IMG/VR virus record: IMGVR_UViG_3300019373_000002
Strand: one strand, 5' to 3'
Source: a virus
DNA: 49,089 nt
How positions within the stretch are numbered: the first letter of the stretch is position 1; each line of letters begins with the position of its first letter. The notes beneath the pieces were generated by a model. That model made no database searches. It had not been told where the DNA came from and worked only from the letters and a program-made list of their open reading frames with translations. Position numbers and translations under genes: made by a program. Shown here in pieces: positions 17,894 to 27,121 of this stretch.

Positions 17894-18076
17894 ATGGGGA
17901 ATGAAGAACGCTGCCGCTGGCAGCAGGAAGACTGGAACAGCGGTGCATGGTTTACAGATTGCAACAACGCTTTCTGGCTGGAAGACGGAAGCCCGGAAGA
18001 CAACAAAATGATTTTCTGCCCGTTCTGCGGAAAGAAACTGCGGGGCGTTCCGTACCAGCAGACAAAGGGAGGATAG
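17894..18076 (+). CDS. Small zinc-ribbon protein
   Basis: 60 aa, containing CPFCGKKL. Confidence 0.35.
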   Translation: MGNEERCRWQQEDWNSGAWFTDCNNAFWLEDGSPEDNKMIFCPFCGKKLRGVPYQQTKGG

Positions 18077-18142
18077 CAAAGCAGATTGTTGACAGCTGGA
18101 AAGACGGCAAATAATAAACAACGCAATGGAGGGTAAAAAGCA

Positions 18143-18613
18143 ATGGACAAAGAAAAGGTCATTGAAATTCTGGACTACTACAAAGAAATTGACGGGGAAA
18201 TTGCGTTTTACAGACGCACATTGACCGATTATGAAAATCAGTATTACAACACTATGGGTGCAATCGTTAGTGACGGTATGCCGCACGGCAAAAACCACAT
18301 ATCACGCATTGTGGAAAATGCCGCAATGAATATCCCGGACTATGTGCGGGAGATAATGAAAGACTATGCGGAACGCATAGAAACGCTGCAAAGGCTGAAA
18401 AGCCAGATATTGCAGGAAGTTTCCCGGCTGAAACTGAAAGAAAAGACCGTGATTTTTGACTATTACATCTACGGCATGAAATGGGAGCAAGTAGCGGAGC
18501 GCATACACTATTCAGACCGCCAGTGTAAAAACATCCGTGACACAGCCGTTGACAAGCTGGCAGAACGGTTTGAAAATAACGCCGCAATAAAGGGATTTAA
18601 GAAGATAGCGTGA
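18143..18613 (+). CDS. Sigma-70 region-4-like late transcription regulator (ArpU/RinA/Xpf-like)
   Basis: C-terminal HTH in FDYYIYGMKWEQVAERIHYSDRQCKNIRDTAVDKL. Its position just upstream of the terminase genes matches known late activators. Confidence 0.6.
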   Translation: MDKEKVIEILDYYKEIDGEIAFYRRTLTDYENQYYNTMGAIVSDGMPHGKNHISRIVENAAMNIPDYVREIMKDYAERIETLQRLKSQILQEVSRLKLKEKTVIFDYYIYGMKWEQVAERIHYSDRQCKNIRDTAVDKLAERFENNAAIKGFKKIA

Positions 18614-18656
18614 AAAATCTTTGCCCACCATTGCACACAATATTTTGCTATACTCA

Positions 18657-18676
18657 AAAGGGGCAAAAACCCCTTT
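18657..18676 (+). terminator. Weak hairpin after the regulator gene
   Basis: AAAGGGG-caaaaa-CCCCTTT: a 7-bp stem with only a short T run. Confidence 0.3.
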
Positions 18677-18740
18677 ACAATGCGTTGTTTGGAGACTGGG
18701 GCGGGCGATATTTGCGGAATTTACAAAGCCCCAAAATATT

Positions 18741-18754
18741 TATACTTACGGAAA
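18741..18754 (+). promoter_or_regulatory. Variant motif TATACTTACGGAAA upstream of the small terminase gene
   Basis: This 14-mer is identical to 48149..48162 and ends 49 bp before the start codon at 18804. Confidence 0.5.
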
Positions 18755-18803
18755 CAAGGCGAAGTGGAAAGAATGAAAACGAACGAAAAGAGGTGAAGCG
18801 GGG

Positions 18804-19625
18804 ATGGGAAGACCGAGAAACCCAGAGCGGGATTTATCCTTGCAGCGATACATTGAAGCTGGCGGCGAAATCAGCACCGCAGAACTGGCAAAAGCTGCCG
18901 GAGTGAATGAAAGCCGGATAAGAAAATGGAAATCAGAAGACAAGTGGGAAGAAGCCTTGAAAAAGAAGCCTAAAAAAAGGGGTGGACAAAAAGGCAATAA
19001 AAATGCGGCAGGGAAAACCCCGGCAAAAAATGGGAACAAAAACGCCGTGACACATGGTGCGTTTGCGCAAGCTGGCATTGAGGACATACCGCAGGAAAAG
19101 GCGGCAGAAATCCGGGCAATGACGGAAGCGGAAGCAATGCCAAAGATGATGGAAGAACTACAAGCCCTATATGTGCGCAAGGCATATTTAGAGGGCTTAT
19201 TGTCCGAGTACGAAAACCCGGAGAAAGCCCAGCCATTTTACACGGATAAAATAGTACACATGATTGTACCAAAGAGCGTGGAGGATAAGCAGAGCGAACA
19301 AGACACGGGCATTGAAGCAGGGCAAGCGACTGACCCGGAAGCAGGGGCAGGAAGTACAGAGCAATTCAAAACGGCTATGAAATCAATCATCAAGTCAAGC
19401 CCTTTTGACAGAGCAATGAAAGTGGAAGCAGAGTTGAACAAGTTGCATGGGCGTATCATCAAACAGCTGGACAGTATCAAGGCGTATGAGATGGAAGACA
19501 GACGCTTGCAGCTGGAAGAACGCAGACTTGAACTGACAAGACAGCGCATAACTGGTGAAATAGAGATTGACCCGGACGAACTGGACGAAGACGAAGCGGA
19601 CGGCGTGGACGGGCTGCCGGGGTAG
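18804..19625 (+). CDS. Terminase small subunit-like protein (N-terminal HTH, YjcR-like)
   Basis: GRPRNPERD..ISTAELAKAAGVNESRIRKWKSEDKW followed by KKRGGQKGNKNA..GNKNAVTHGAF. Confidence 0.65.
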   Translation: MGRPRNPERDLSLQRYIEAGGEISTAELAKAAGVNESRIRKWKSEDKWEEALKKKPKKRGGQKGNKNAAGKTPAKNGNKNAVTHGAFAQAGIEDIPQEKAAEIRAMTEAEAMPKMMEELQALYVRKAYLEGLLSEYENPEKAQPFYTDKIVHMIVPKSVEDKQSEQDTGIEAGQATDPEAGAGSTEQFKTAMKSIIKSSPFDRAMKVEAELNKLHGRIIKQLDSIKAYEMEDRRLQLEERRLELTRQRITGEIEIDPDELDEDEADGVDGLPG

Positions 19626-19742
19626 GTTCTGTCATGAATGTGGACGGGGTGCGGGTACGGTGACGCCCGCCGCTTGTTTAGGTATGAAACGAAAAAAACG
19701 ACTTGCGGAAACGCCCGGAAAATAAAAAAGGGGGTGTGGTTT

Positions 19743-20243
19743 TTGAAGCTATACACCACAAAGGCGGTGGCAGCGTGGCTGGACCTATCAGAAAGCCGGG
19801 TGCGGCAGCTGCGCAAAGAAAAAGTTATAAGTGAATACAAGCCGGGGTTGTATAGCTTGCAGACAGTTACACATGAATACATTAACTATTTGAGAGCAAA
19901 CAGCCCAACGGAAGCCAGCATTGATTACAACACGGAACGAGCAAAGCTGGTGCGGGCAAAAAGAGAAAGCCAAGAACTTGAATTGAAGCTGCGGAAAAAG
20001 GAGGTACACAGCGCAGAAGATGTTGAAAAGGTAATGACAGATACACTTGTAAACTTCCGCACAAGATTGATGGCGATACCAGCGAAATTAAGCCCTATAT
20101 TATCAAAGAAAAAGGACAAAGCCGAAATCTTTAATATCCTAAAGGCGGCTATTGATGAAGCACTGGAAGAACTGGCAGACTTTGACAAAATATTTATTGA
20201 GGATGTGACGGAAGATGGAAGCGAAGACAAAAAGACTGTTTAG
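19743..20243 (+). CDS. Nu1-like terminase small subunit / DNA-packaging protein
   Basis: HTH TKAVAAWLDLSESRVRQLRKEKV, then TERAKLVRAKRESQELELKLRKKEVHSAEDVEKV, a Nu1-type coiled segment. A TTG start at 19743 follows a G-rich RBS. Confidence 0.55.
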   Translation: MKLYTTKAVAAWLDLSESRVRQLRKEKVISEYKPGLYSLQTVTHEYINYLRANSPTEASIDYNTERAKLVRAKRESQELELKLRKKEVHSAEDVEKVMTDTLVNFRTRLMAIPAKLSPILSKKKDKAEIFNILKAAIDEALEELADFDKIFIEDVTEDGSEDKKTV

Positions 20244-22050
20244 GAAAATATTTGCGGTGTTGAAGCCACCGCCAGATTTGACACTTTCGGAGTGGGCAGA
20301 CACATTCCGCAGACTTTCTGCCGGGTCTTCCGCAGAGCCGGGACGCTGGCGCACATCCAAAGCACCGTACCAGAAAGAAATCATGGACGCAATAACAGAT
20401 ATTGCAATCAGAAAAGTTGTGATTATGTCTGCGGCACAAGTCGGAAAGACTGACGCAATGGTGCTGAACCCCATTGGGTATTATGTGCATTATGACCCGT
20501 CACCAATCATGGTGATACAGCCCACAATAGATATGGCAGAAAAGTTTTCAAAAGAAAAACTGTCACCAATGATAAGGGACACACCAGTTATTGCAGAGCG
20601 TATCAACGAAAAGTCACGAAACAGCGGAAATACAATCATGCAAAAGATATTTCCGGGCGGCTTTGTGACGATTGCAGGGGCAAACAGCCCAACGGGACTG
20701 CGCAGCCATACAGTGCGGATATTGCTTGCGGATGAAATAGACGGCTACCCGGCAAGCGCAGGAAGCGAGGGGGACCCGCTAATGCTTGCCACGAAAAGGC
20801 AAACAACCTACTGGAACAAAAAGCAAGTAAGCATATCAACGCCGACAATAAAAGGGGCTTCCAGAATTGAAGTGGAGTATGAACACAGCAGCAAGGGGGA
20901 ATGGAACACGCCTTGCCCGTGCTGCGGTGAACTGCAACCGCTGGTATGGTCCGGCGTGATATTTGATAAAGACAATCTGAATGAAATAAACTATGTATGC
21001 AGCAAGTGCGGCACGATTTCCAGTGAAGCAGAGTGGAAAGAAAAGTTTATTGACGGCAGATTTGTTCACGAAGACCCGGCAAACCCGGTCAAAGGCTTTC
21101 ATTTGAACACGCTTGCTTCAACGCTGACCACATGGCGGGAGGTTGTGGAAAAGTTTCTTGTTGCCAACGAAGAAGTAAAAAAAGGCAATGTGGAACTAAT
21201 GAAAGTCTGGACTAATACGGAAATGGGGCAGACATGGGAAGAAGACGGGGAAACGATAGAAGATGAAGAACTGATTAAACGCCGTGAGAATTACAACTGC
21301 GAAGTCCCAGCAGCGGTGTTATATCTGACAGCCGGGGTTGATACGCAGGATGATAGATTTGAAGTTGAGGTTGTCGGCTGGGGTCCGGAATATGAAAGCT
21401 GGGGCATAAGGTTTGCGGCTTTATACGGTGACACTGGTAATATGCAAGACCCGGTATGGGATAATCTGGACGCTTTCTTGTCGCAGTCATTCACAAAGCC
21501 GGATGGAAGCAAGCTGAAAATCATTGTCACTTGCATGGACAGCGGCGGGCATAGGACGAACCAAGTATATAAATTCTGCAAAGCCCGCTTCAATCGGCGC
21601 ATATTTGCAATCAAGGGAAGCAACGACAGTGCGGCGGCGTACATCCAGAAGCCGACAAAGAACAACCGTGAACAAGCCTATTTATTTACAATCGGAGTTG
21701 ACACCGGGAAAAGTTGGCTAATGGACAGATTGAAGCTGCCAGAGCCGGGACCCGGATTTTGCCATTTTCCGAGGGAAGACGGCAGGGGATATGATGAAAA
21801 GTATTTCAAGGGGCTTACATCCGAAAAAAAGGTAATGCGCTACAAGATGGGAAGACCATATTTTGCATGGGAACTGAAAGACCGGGGCGAACACAGAAGA
21901 AATGAAGCCCTTGACTGCCGGAACTATGCAACAGCAGCCATTGAAATATCCGGGCTGCCGTTGAAAAAGCCGGAAGACGGGGCAGAAAAGGCAAAAACGC
22001 CAGCAAAGAGAAAAGGCGGGCGAAAAAGAAGAAATGGAGGTATAAGCTAA
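20215..22050 (+). CDS. Terminase large subunit, lambda GpA family
   Basis: 611 aa. Walker A-like MSAAQVGKTD, a zinc-ribbon-like CPCCG..CSKCG, and a size and layout typical of GpA. Confidence 0.85.
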   Translation: MEAKTKRLFRKIFAVLKPPPDLTLSEWADTFRRLSAGSSAEPGRWRTSKAPYQKEIMDAITDIAIRKVVIMSAAQVGKTDAMVLNPIGYYVHYDPSPIMVIQPTIDMAEKFSKEKLSPMIRDTPVIAERINEKSRNSGNTIMQKIFPGGFVTIAGANSPTGLRSHTVRILLADEIDGYPASAGSEGDPLMLATKRQTTYWNKKQVSISTPTIKGASRIEVEYEHSSKGEWNTPCPCCGELQPLVWSGVIFDKDNLNEINYVCSKCGTISSEAEWKEKFIDGRFVHEDPANPVKGFHLNTLASTLTTWREVVEKFLVANEEVKKGNVELMKVWTNTEMGQTWEEDGETIEDEELIKRRENYNCEVPAAVLYLTAGVDTQDDRFEVEVVGWGPEYESWGIRFAALYGDTGNMQDPVWDNLDAFLSQSFTKPDGSKLKIIVTCMDSGGHRTNQVYKFCKARFNRRIFAIKGSNDSAAAYIQKPTKNNREQAYLFTIGVDTGKSWLMDRLKLPEPGPGFCHFPREDGRGYDEKYFKGLTSEKKVMRYKMGRPYFAWELKDRGEHRRNEALDCRNYATAAIEISGLPLKKPEDGAEKAKTPAKRKGGRKRRNGGIS

Positions 22051-22286
22051 TGGCAGGAATTACGCTGGAAACAGCAAAAAGACACCTTGACGCATGGCTG
22101 GAAGCGGAAATTGCAGTTACAAACGCCCAGTCATATACAATCGGTAGCAGGGTTATGACAAAAGCAGACCTTGAAGAAATCAGAAAAACCATTGATTACT
22201 GGAATAACAAGGTTGCGGAACTTGAAAATATTGCAAAATACGGCGGCAGAAACAGAGCATACAGAGCCGTTCCCCGTGATTTATAG
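22050..22286 (+). CDS. Head-tail joining protein, gpW-like
   Basis: 78 aa immediately after GpA, overlapping it (ATG in TAATG). AKRHLDAWLEAE..SYTIGSR fits gpW. Confidence 0.6.
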   Translation: MAGITLETAKRHLDAWLEAEIAVTNAQSYTIGSRVMTKADLEEIRKTIDYWNNKVAELENIAKYGGRNRAYRAVPRDL

Positions 22287-22292
22287 GCAAAA

Positions 22293-22340
22293 TATTTCCC
22301 GCAATTTCCCTTTTTACGGTTTTATTTCCCCCTATTTCCC
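22293..22340 (+). repeat. Four helically phased direct repeats (T/A)ATTTCCC
   Basis: Boxes at 22293..22300, 22303..22310, 22323..22330 and 22333..22340, spaced 10, 20 and 10 bp start to start, in the 159-bp non-coding gap between gpW and portal. Confidence 0.75.
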
Positions 22341-22385
22341 TAAAAAACAGTATAAAATTGTAGCGTGAAAAAGTAGGCAGACACG

Positions 22386-22413
22386 AAAAAGCACCCGGAA
22401 AAGGTGCTTTTTT
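22386..22413 (+). terminator. Rho-independent terminator-like hairpin inside the head operon
   Basis: AAAAAGCACC-cggaaaa-GGTGCTTTTT followed by T; the T run totals 6. Confidence 0.5.
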
Positions 22414-22445
22414 ATTGCATGAAGCCAGACTGGAGGTGAAAAAGT

Positions 22446-24092
22446 GTGGGCATTGCAGCAGTAATTGACAAAGCCATTGCCACGGTTGCGCCGGAAGCAG
22501 GGCTGAAAAGGGCAGCTGCACGGCAGAAAATGCAGATATTAAACAGCGGTTACAGCAATTACGGCGCAAACTTGACAAAGAAATCACTTGCAGGATGGTT
22601 ATTTGCCGGAGGGTCGCACCGTGAGGACATAGAAGACAACATTTCTGTATTACGGCAGCGGTCCCGTGATTTATACATGGGCGTACCGATAGCAAACGGA
22701 GCAGTCAAGACCATGCGCACAAATGTTGTGGGGCGTGGTCTTCATCTAAAGCCAGCCATTGACCGTGAGGTTTTAGGCATTACGGCAGCAGCGGCGCAGA
22801 AACTTGAAAAGCAGATTGAACGGGAATGGAAGTTATGGGCAGACAGCCCGGATTGCGACATTGAAAGAATTGACAATTTCTTTGAGTTGCAGCAGCTGGC
22901 GTTCCTTAACTGGCTAATGTCCGGGGATTGTCTGGCAGTGCTGCCAGTAAAGCCCCGTATCAACCAGCCCTATGATTTAAGGGTGCAGCTGATAGAAGCA
23001 GACAGACTTTCAAGCCCGGATTATTGCGACAGCTGGGACAATAAGATTGTGGGAGGCGTAGAAGTTGACAAAGACGGGGAAGTGATAGCGTATCACATTT
23101 CAGACCAGCACCCGTTATCCGGCGAAGTGACGGAATACAAGTGGCAGAGGGTTGAAGCATACGGCGCAAAGACAGGCAGAAGAAATGTGCTGCACATCAT
23201 GTGCCGTGAGAGGATAGGACAGCGCAGGGGCGTTCCGTTCCTTGCCCCGGTCATTGAGAGTTTGAAGCAGCTGGGGCGTTATACTGACGCAGAACTTGTG
23301 GCAGCGGTTGTGTCCGGGATGTTTACGGTTTTTATTGAGAAAGAAGACGCAAGCAGTGATGAAGCCATAGGGTCAATGATACCAGAAGAAGAACAGATTG
23401 ACGCAGAAGACGAAACAAGCGTTGAACTGGGACCCGGTGCAGTCATGGACTTAAACCCCGGCGAAAAGATACACGACAGCAACCCCGGAAGACCGAACAG
23501 CAATTTTTCAATGTTCGTGGAAGCGATATGCCAGCAAATAGGGGCTTCGCTTGAAATACCCTATGAATTGCTTGTGAAGCGTTTTAATGCGTCTTATACG
23601 GCGAGTAAAGGCGCACTGGAAGAAGCATGGAAAATGTTTCGGATGTACCGTGCGTGGCTTGCAACTGACTTTTGCCAGCCGATTTATGAAGAATGGTTTG
23701 CAGAAGCGGTGGCAAAGAAGCGCATTGACGCACCGGGCTTCTTTACGGACCCGCTGATTAAAAAGGCATATTGCAAGGCTGAATGGAACGGACCGGCAAA
23801 AGGTATGCTTGACCCGGTAAAAGAAGTTACAGCAGCAGAAAAGAGGGTTGCAAACGGATTTTCAACCAGAAGCAGTGAAACAATGGAAATGACGGGCGGC
23901 GATTTCTACACGAACGCTGACCAGCTAAAGAGCGAAGAAAAGAAATTAAGTGAGGTGAAGAAAATTGGCAGCAGCAACGAACAAAAACGCCAGCAATCAG
24001 ACCCCGGACAGCAGAGTGCAGCAGGCGCAGACGGAGAACAAGCCGCAGGGCAGCAGGGGCAAGGGCAATCCATACAGCGTGACGCAGGATAA
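22446..24092 (+). CDS. Portal protein, lambda (gpB) family
   Basis: 548 aa. GW..GGS..DI..NISVLRQRSRDLYMGVPIANGAV matches the lambda-type portal N-terminal signature. GTG start 8 nt after GGAGG. Confidence 0.85.
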   Translation: MGIAAVIDKAIATVAPEAGLKRAAARQKMQILNSGYSNYGANLTKKSLAGWLFAGGSHREDIEDNISVLRQRSRDLYMGVPIANGAVKTMRTNVVGRGLHLKPAIDREVLGITAAAAQKLEKQIEREWKLWADSPDCDIERIDNFFELQQLAFLNWLMSGDCLAVLPVKPRINQPYDLRVQLIEADRLSSPDYCDSWDNKIVGGVEVDKDGEVIAYHISDQHPLSGEVTEYKWQRVEAYGAKTGRRNVLHIMCRERIGQRRGVPFLAPVIESLKQLGRYTDAELVAAVVSGMFTVFIEKEDASSDEAIGSMIPEEEQIDAEDETSVELGPGAVMDLNPGEKIHDSNPGRPNSNFSMFVEAICQQIGASLEIPYELLVKRFNASYTASKGALEEAWKMFRMYRAWLATDFCQPIYEEWFAEAVAKKRIDAPGFFTDPLIKKAYCKAEWNGPAKGMLDPVKEVTAAEKRVANGFSTRSSETMEMTGGDFYTNADQLKSEEKKLSEVKKIGSSNEQKRQQSDPGQQSAAGADGEQAAGQQGQGQSIQRDAG

Positions 24093-25191
24093 ATTCTGGA
24101 ACTTCATACCCGGAACGGACGCAAAAGTCCCGGAACTTCTTCTGTACGGTCCTATCAGCAGCCAGCAAAGCTGGTGGGAAGATAGGGTTACACCGCAGCA
24201 ATTCAACAAAGAACTTGCAGCACTGGGGGAGGATGTGCCGGAAATTGTTGTGCGTATCAACAGCGGCGGCGGTGATGTATTTGCAGCAAACGCAATCTTC
24301 ACCAGATTAAAAGACCACAAAGCAAAAGTGACCGTCAAAATTGACGGCTGGGCAGCTTCCGCAGCCACTATCATTGCAATGGCTGGGGACAGCATAAAGA
24401 TTGCCAGAAACGGCGTTTTCATGATACATGACCCGGCAATGACCGTCTGGGACACTTTCAAAGCGGAAGACTTCTTGAAGATGGCTGACGAACTGAAAGT
24501 GATTAAGCAAAGCATTGTGAATACATACGCAATGAAGACCGGACGAACAGCAGAAGACATTGAACAGCTGATGGCAAATGAAACATGGTGGACGGGTGAC
24601 ACAGCCGTTGAAAACGGTTTTTGTGATGAAATCATGTTTGAAGAAAGCAGCACGGTTGTTGAAAACGCTTCAAGAATTGTGGTAAATTCCACACCCATTG
24701 ACTTGTCATTTTTCCAGACAGTCCCAAAACAGTTATTGAACAGCCCGCACAATCCGGGAAGTTTAATAAATAGTGCAACAGCAACAAAGCCAGAGCAAAT
24801 ACAGACAAAGGAGGATAAGAGCATGGCAGCAGTTGAAAACACCATTGAAACGGTTGACGCACTAAAAGCCGCATACCCGGATTTGTGCGCAACCATCCAG
24901 AATGAAGCAGCGGCAGCAGAAAGAAACCGTATCAAAGCCATTGAGGATATGGCGGGCGGTGCTTATGCTGACATTGTTTCAGACGCAAAGTTTGAAAACC
25001 CCATTACAGCAGAGCAGACAGCAGTGAAAATCATTGCAGAGCAGCACAAGCAGGGCGGGCAGTATATCATTGACCGCAACGCAGACGCAGCAGCAAGCGG
25101 CGCAAATGATGTGGCAGGGGCAGCCAGTGAGAATGGCGCAGAGGGTGCGAACCCGTTTGACGCAGCCATTGACGCACTGAAATTTGATTAA
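24079..25191 (+). CDS. ClpP/S49-like head maturation protease fused to a scaffold-like C-terminus
   Basis: RINSGGGDVFAANAI..IDGWAASAATIIAMAGD..MIHDP. The start is uncertain: GTG 24079 is chosen, but the ORF is open from 23965. Confidence 0.75.
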   Translation: MTQDKFWNFIPGTDAKVPELLLYGPISSQQSWWEDRVTPQQFNKELAALGEDVPEIVVRINSGGGDVFAANAIFTRLKDHKAKVTVKIDGWAASAATIIAMAGDSIKIARNGVFMIHDPAMTVWDTFKAEDFLKMADELKVIKQSIVNTYAMKTGRTAEDIEQLMANETWWTGDTAVENGFCDEIMFEESSTVVENASRIVVNSTPIDLSFFQTVPKQLLNSPHNPGSLINSATATKPEQIQTKEDKSMAAVENTIETVDALKAAYPDLCATIQNEAAAAERNRIKAIEDMAGGAYADIVSDAKFENPITAEQTAVKIIAEQHKQGGQYIIDRNADAAASGANDVAGAASENGAEGANPFDAAIDALKFD

Positions 25192-25205
25192 GGAGGTAAA
25201 AAGCA

Positions 25206-26045
25206 ATGGCAAATTATGCAGTAGAAACAAGAAGCACCAGCCCCAAGAACTTTTTTGCCGGGGACTTCCCAACACTTGCGGAAACCGGGACAGCTGGGGA
25301 GGATATCAAGGAGTTTGCACCCGTGACAACGGATGGAAACGGAAAGATTGTCAACATTTCAGCTTCAACAAAGGCTAATGTTATCGGTATTTCAGCAGAA
25401 GCAGCAAAGGCAAATGAACCCGTTGTTTATTACATGACCGGGGAATTTTTCGCAAATGCGCTGAATATGCCAACGGGCGTGACACAGCCGGAAATTGCGG
25501 GATATTTACGCAAGCTGTCAATTTTTTTGCGCCAGCTTGACGCAGTGATTATTCCCGGCGTGACGCTTGATGTTAGCACCGCAACCATTTACACAAGCGG
25601 CAACACCACAAAGCAGCTGACAGCAACAACCGTTCCCGGAAATGCAGAAGTAACATGGGCTTCCAGCGACAGCACCAAAGCAAGCGTAAGTGACAGCGGA
25701 CTTGTAACGGCACTTGCAGCAGGAAGCACCAACATTACAGCAACAATCACGGTTGACGGACAGACATACACCGCAACTTGCGCAGTGACAGTTGTTGCGC
25801 AGTCAATCAGTTTGAGCGACAGCACCGCAAGCATTGTGAAAGACGCTACAAAGCAGTTGACAGCAACGGTTGTTCCGTCTGGTTCAACAGTAACATGGGC
25901 TTCCAGTGATGAAGAAAAAGCAACCGTAAGTGACAGCGGACTTGTAACAGCCGTTGCAGCTGGCGAAGCAAACATTACAGCTTCCATTACAGTTGGCGGC
26001 GCAACAAAGACGGCAACTTGCGCAGTAACGGTTACATCCGAGTAA
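25206..26045 (+). CDS. Head decoration protein with two Big_2 (Ig-like) domains
   Basis: N-terminal gpD-like region, then two copies of TKQLTAT.VP....VTWASSD..KA.VSDSGLVTA.AAG..NITA.ITV.G.T.TATCAVTV. Confidence 0.7.
   Translation: MANYAVETRSTSPKNFFAGDFPTLAETGTAGEDIKEFAPVTTDGNGKIVNISASTKANVIGISAEAAKANEPVVYYMTGEFFANALNMPTGVTQPEIAGYLRKLSIFLRQLDAVIIPGVTLDVSTATIYTSGNTTKQLTATTVPGNAEVTWASSDSTKASVSDSGLVTALAAGSTNITATITVDGQTYTATCAVTVVAQSISLSDSTASIVKDATKQLTATVVPSGSTVTWASSDEEKATVSDSGLVTAVAAGEANITASITVGGATKTATCAVTVTSE
25608..26033 (+). repeat. Tandem 186-bp imperfect duplication (period 240 bp) encoding the two Big_2 domains
   Basis: 25608..25793 aligns with 25848..26033 with no indels, as read by eye. 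Confidence 0.75.
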
Positions 26046-26065
26046 GCAAAGGAGGATAAAAGACA

Positions 26066-27121
26066 ATGGCTAACGAAGTATCTATTTACGAACCCCGTAC
26101 AATGGGCAGGGTAATTCAGAAGCTGCCGCCCGTTCGTACTTTTTTCAGAAGCACTTTCTTCAAGCATGAAGAAACTTTTGTGACAAAGAGCGTTGATGTT
26201 GATTTCAGAAAGGGCAGCCGCAAGGTTGCACCGTTCGTTTCCCGTGTTATCGGCGGCAAAATCGTTCCTAACACCGGGTACGAAACAAAGACCTACACAC
26301 CGCCACTTGTTGCGCCGGAGAAAGTCACCAGCATTGATGATTTGCTGGAGAGAAGACCCGGAGAAAATATGTATTCCGGCAAAACCCCGGCAACAAGGGC
26401 AGTTGAGAAGATGGCAGAAGATTTCATTGAACTGCGTGAACAGATTACACGCAGGGAAGAACTCATGTGCGCACAGACCATCTTTACCGGGAAAATTCCT
26501 GTTATCGGTGACGGCGTAAATGAAGTGATTGACTTTTCTTTCACAAACAAAGAAGTCATTACAACCGCAACAAAGAAGTGGACAAACAGCGCAAGTGACC
26601 CTATCGCAGACTTGAAGAAGTGGCACAAGGCTGTCCAGAAGTCCGGCTTTGTGAACTGCGATATTTGCGTGATGGGCAGCGAGGTTGCAGACGCATTTGT
26701 GAACCATGAGAAAGTGCAGAAGCTGCTTGATGTGAGAAATTACAATCTGGCAGTTATCCAGCCCCGCCAGCTTCCAAACGGCGTGACCTATGTTGGCACT
26801 ATTCATGAACTGGGTATGGACATTTACACATACAATGAATGGTATCTGGACGATTGGACAGACGAAGCGAACCCGGTTGAAAAGCCGCTTGTGCCGGACA
26901 ACCAGCTTGCTTTACTGTCAACGGGTGCTAATTATTCCATGTATTACGGCGCAATCACCTTGATTGATGAACCTAACGGCAATTTCCGCACCGTTGAGGG
27001 AAAACTTGTGCCGGACACTTGGACGAAGCGCAAGCCCGCAAGAAGATTTCTCAATATTTCTTCTGCGCCGCTTTGCGTTCCCCATGATGTTGACAGCTGG
27101 TTTGTGGCGCAGCCTATCTGA
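26066..27121 (+). CDS. Major capsid protein, lambda gpE family
   Basis: 351 aa. N-terminal IYEPRTMGRVIQKLPPVRTFFRSTFF is typical of the gpE family, and the gene follows a decoration gene. Confidence 0.8.
   Translation: MANEVSIYEPRTMGRVIQKLPPVRTFFRSTFFKHEETFVTKSVDVDFRKGSRKVAPFVSRVIGGKIVPNTGYETKTYTPPLVAPEKVTSIDDLLERRPGENMYSGKTPATRAVEKMAEDFIELREQITRREELMCAQTIFTGKIPVIGDGVNEVIDFSFTNKEVITTATKKWTNSASDPIADLKKWHKAVQKSGFVNCDICVMGSEVADAFVNHEKVQKLLDVRNYNLAVIQPRQLPNGVTYVGTIHELGMDIYTYNEWYLDDWTDEANPVEKPLVPDNQLALLSTGANYSMYYGAITLIDEPNGNFRTVEGKLVPDTWTKRKPARRFLNISSAPLCVPHDVDSWFVAQPI

Noticed and set aside
22180-22695. ORF 22180..22695 (-), 171 aa, and ORF 22171..22368 (+), 65 aa, spanning the gpW-portal gap.
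   Set aside because: Both run into well-supported flanking genes. Their translations are low-complexity, and the repeat boxes and terminator explain the region better as non-coding.
23997-24941. Long antisense ORFs in the supplied track: 23997..24941 (-), 25589..26806 (-), 33427..34374 (-), 8473..9156 (-), 19238..19882 (-), 4359..5111 (-) and 5366..6076 (-).
   Set aside because: Each lies entirely opposite a + strand gene that has recognisable motifs and an RBS. Their translations are low-complexity or Cys/Ser/Leu-rich shadow sequence, and none has a convincing RBS.
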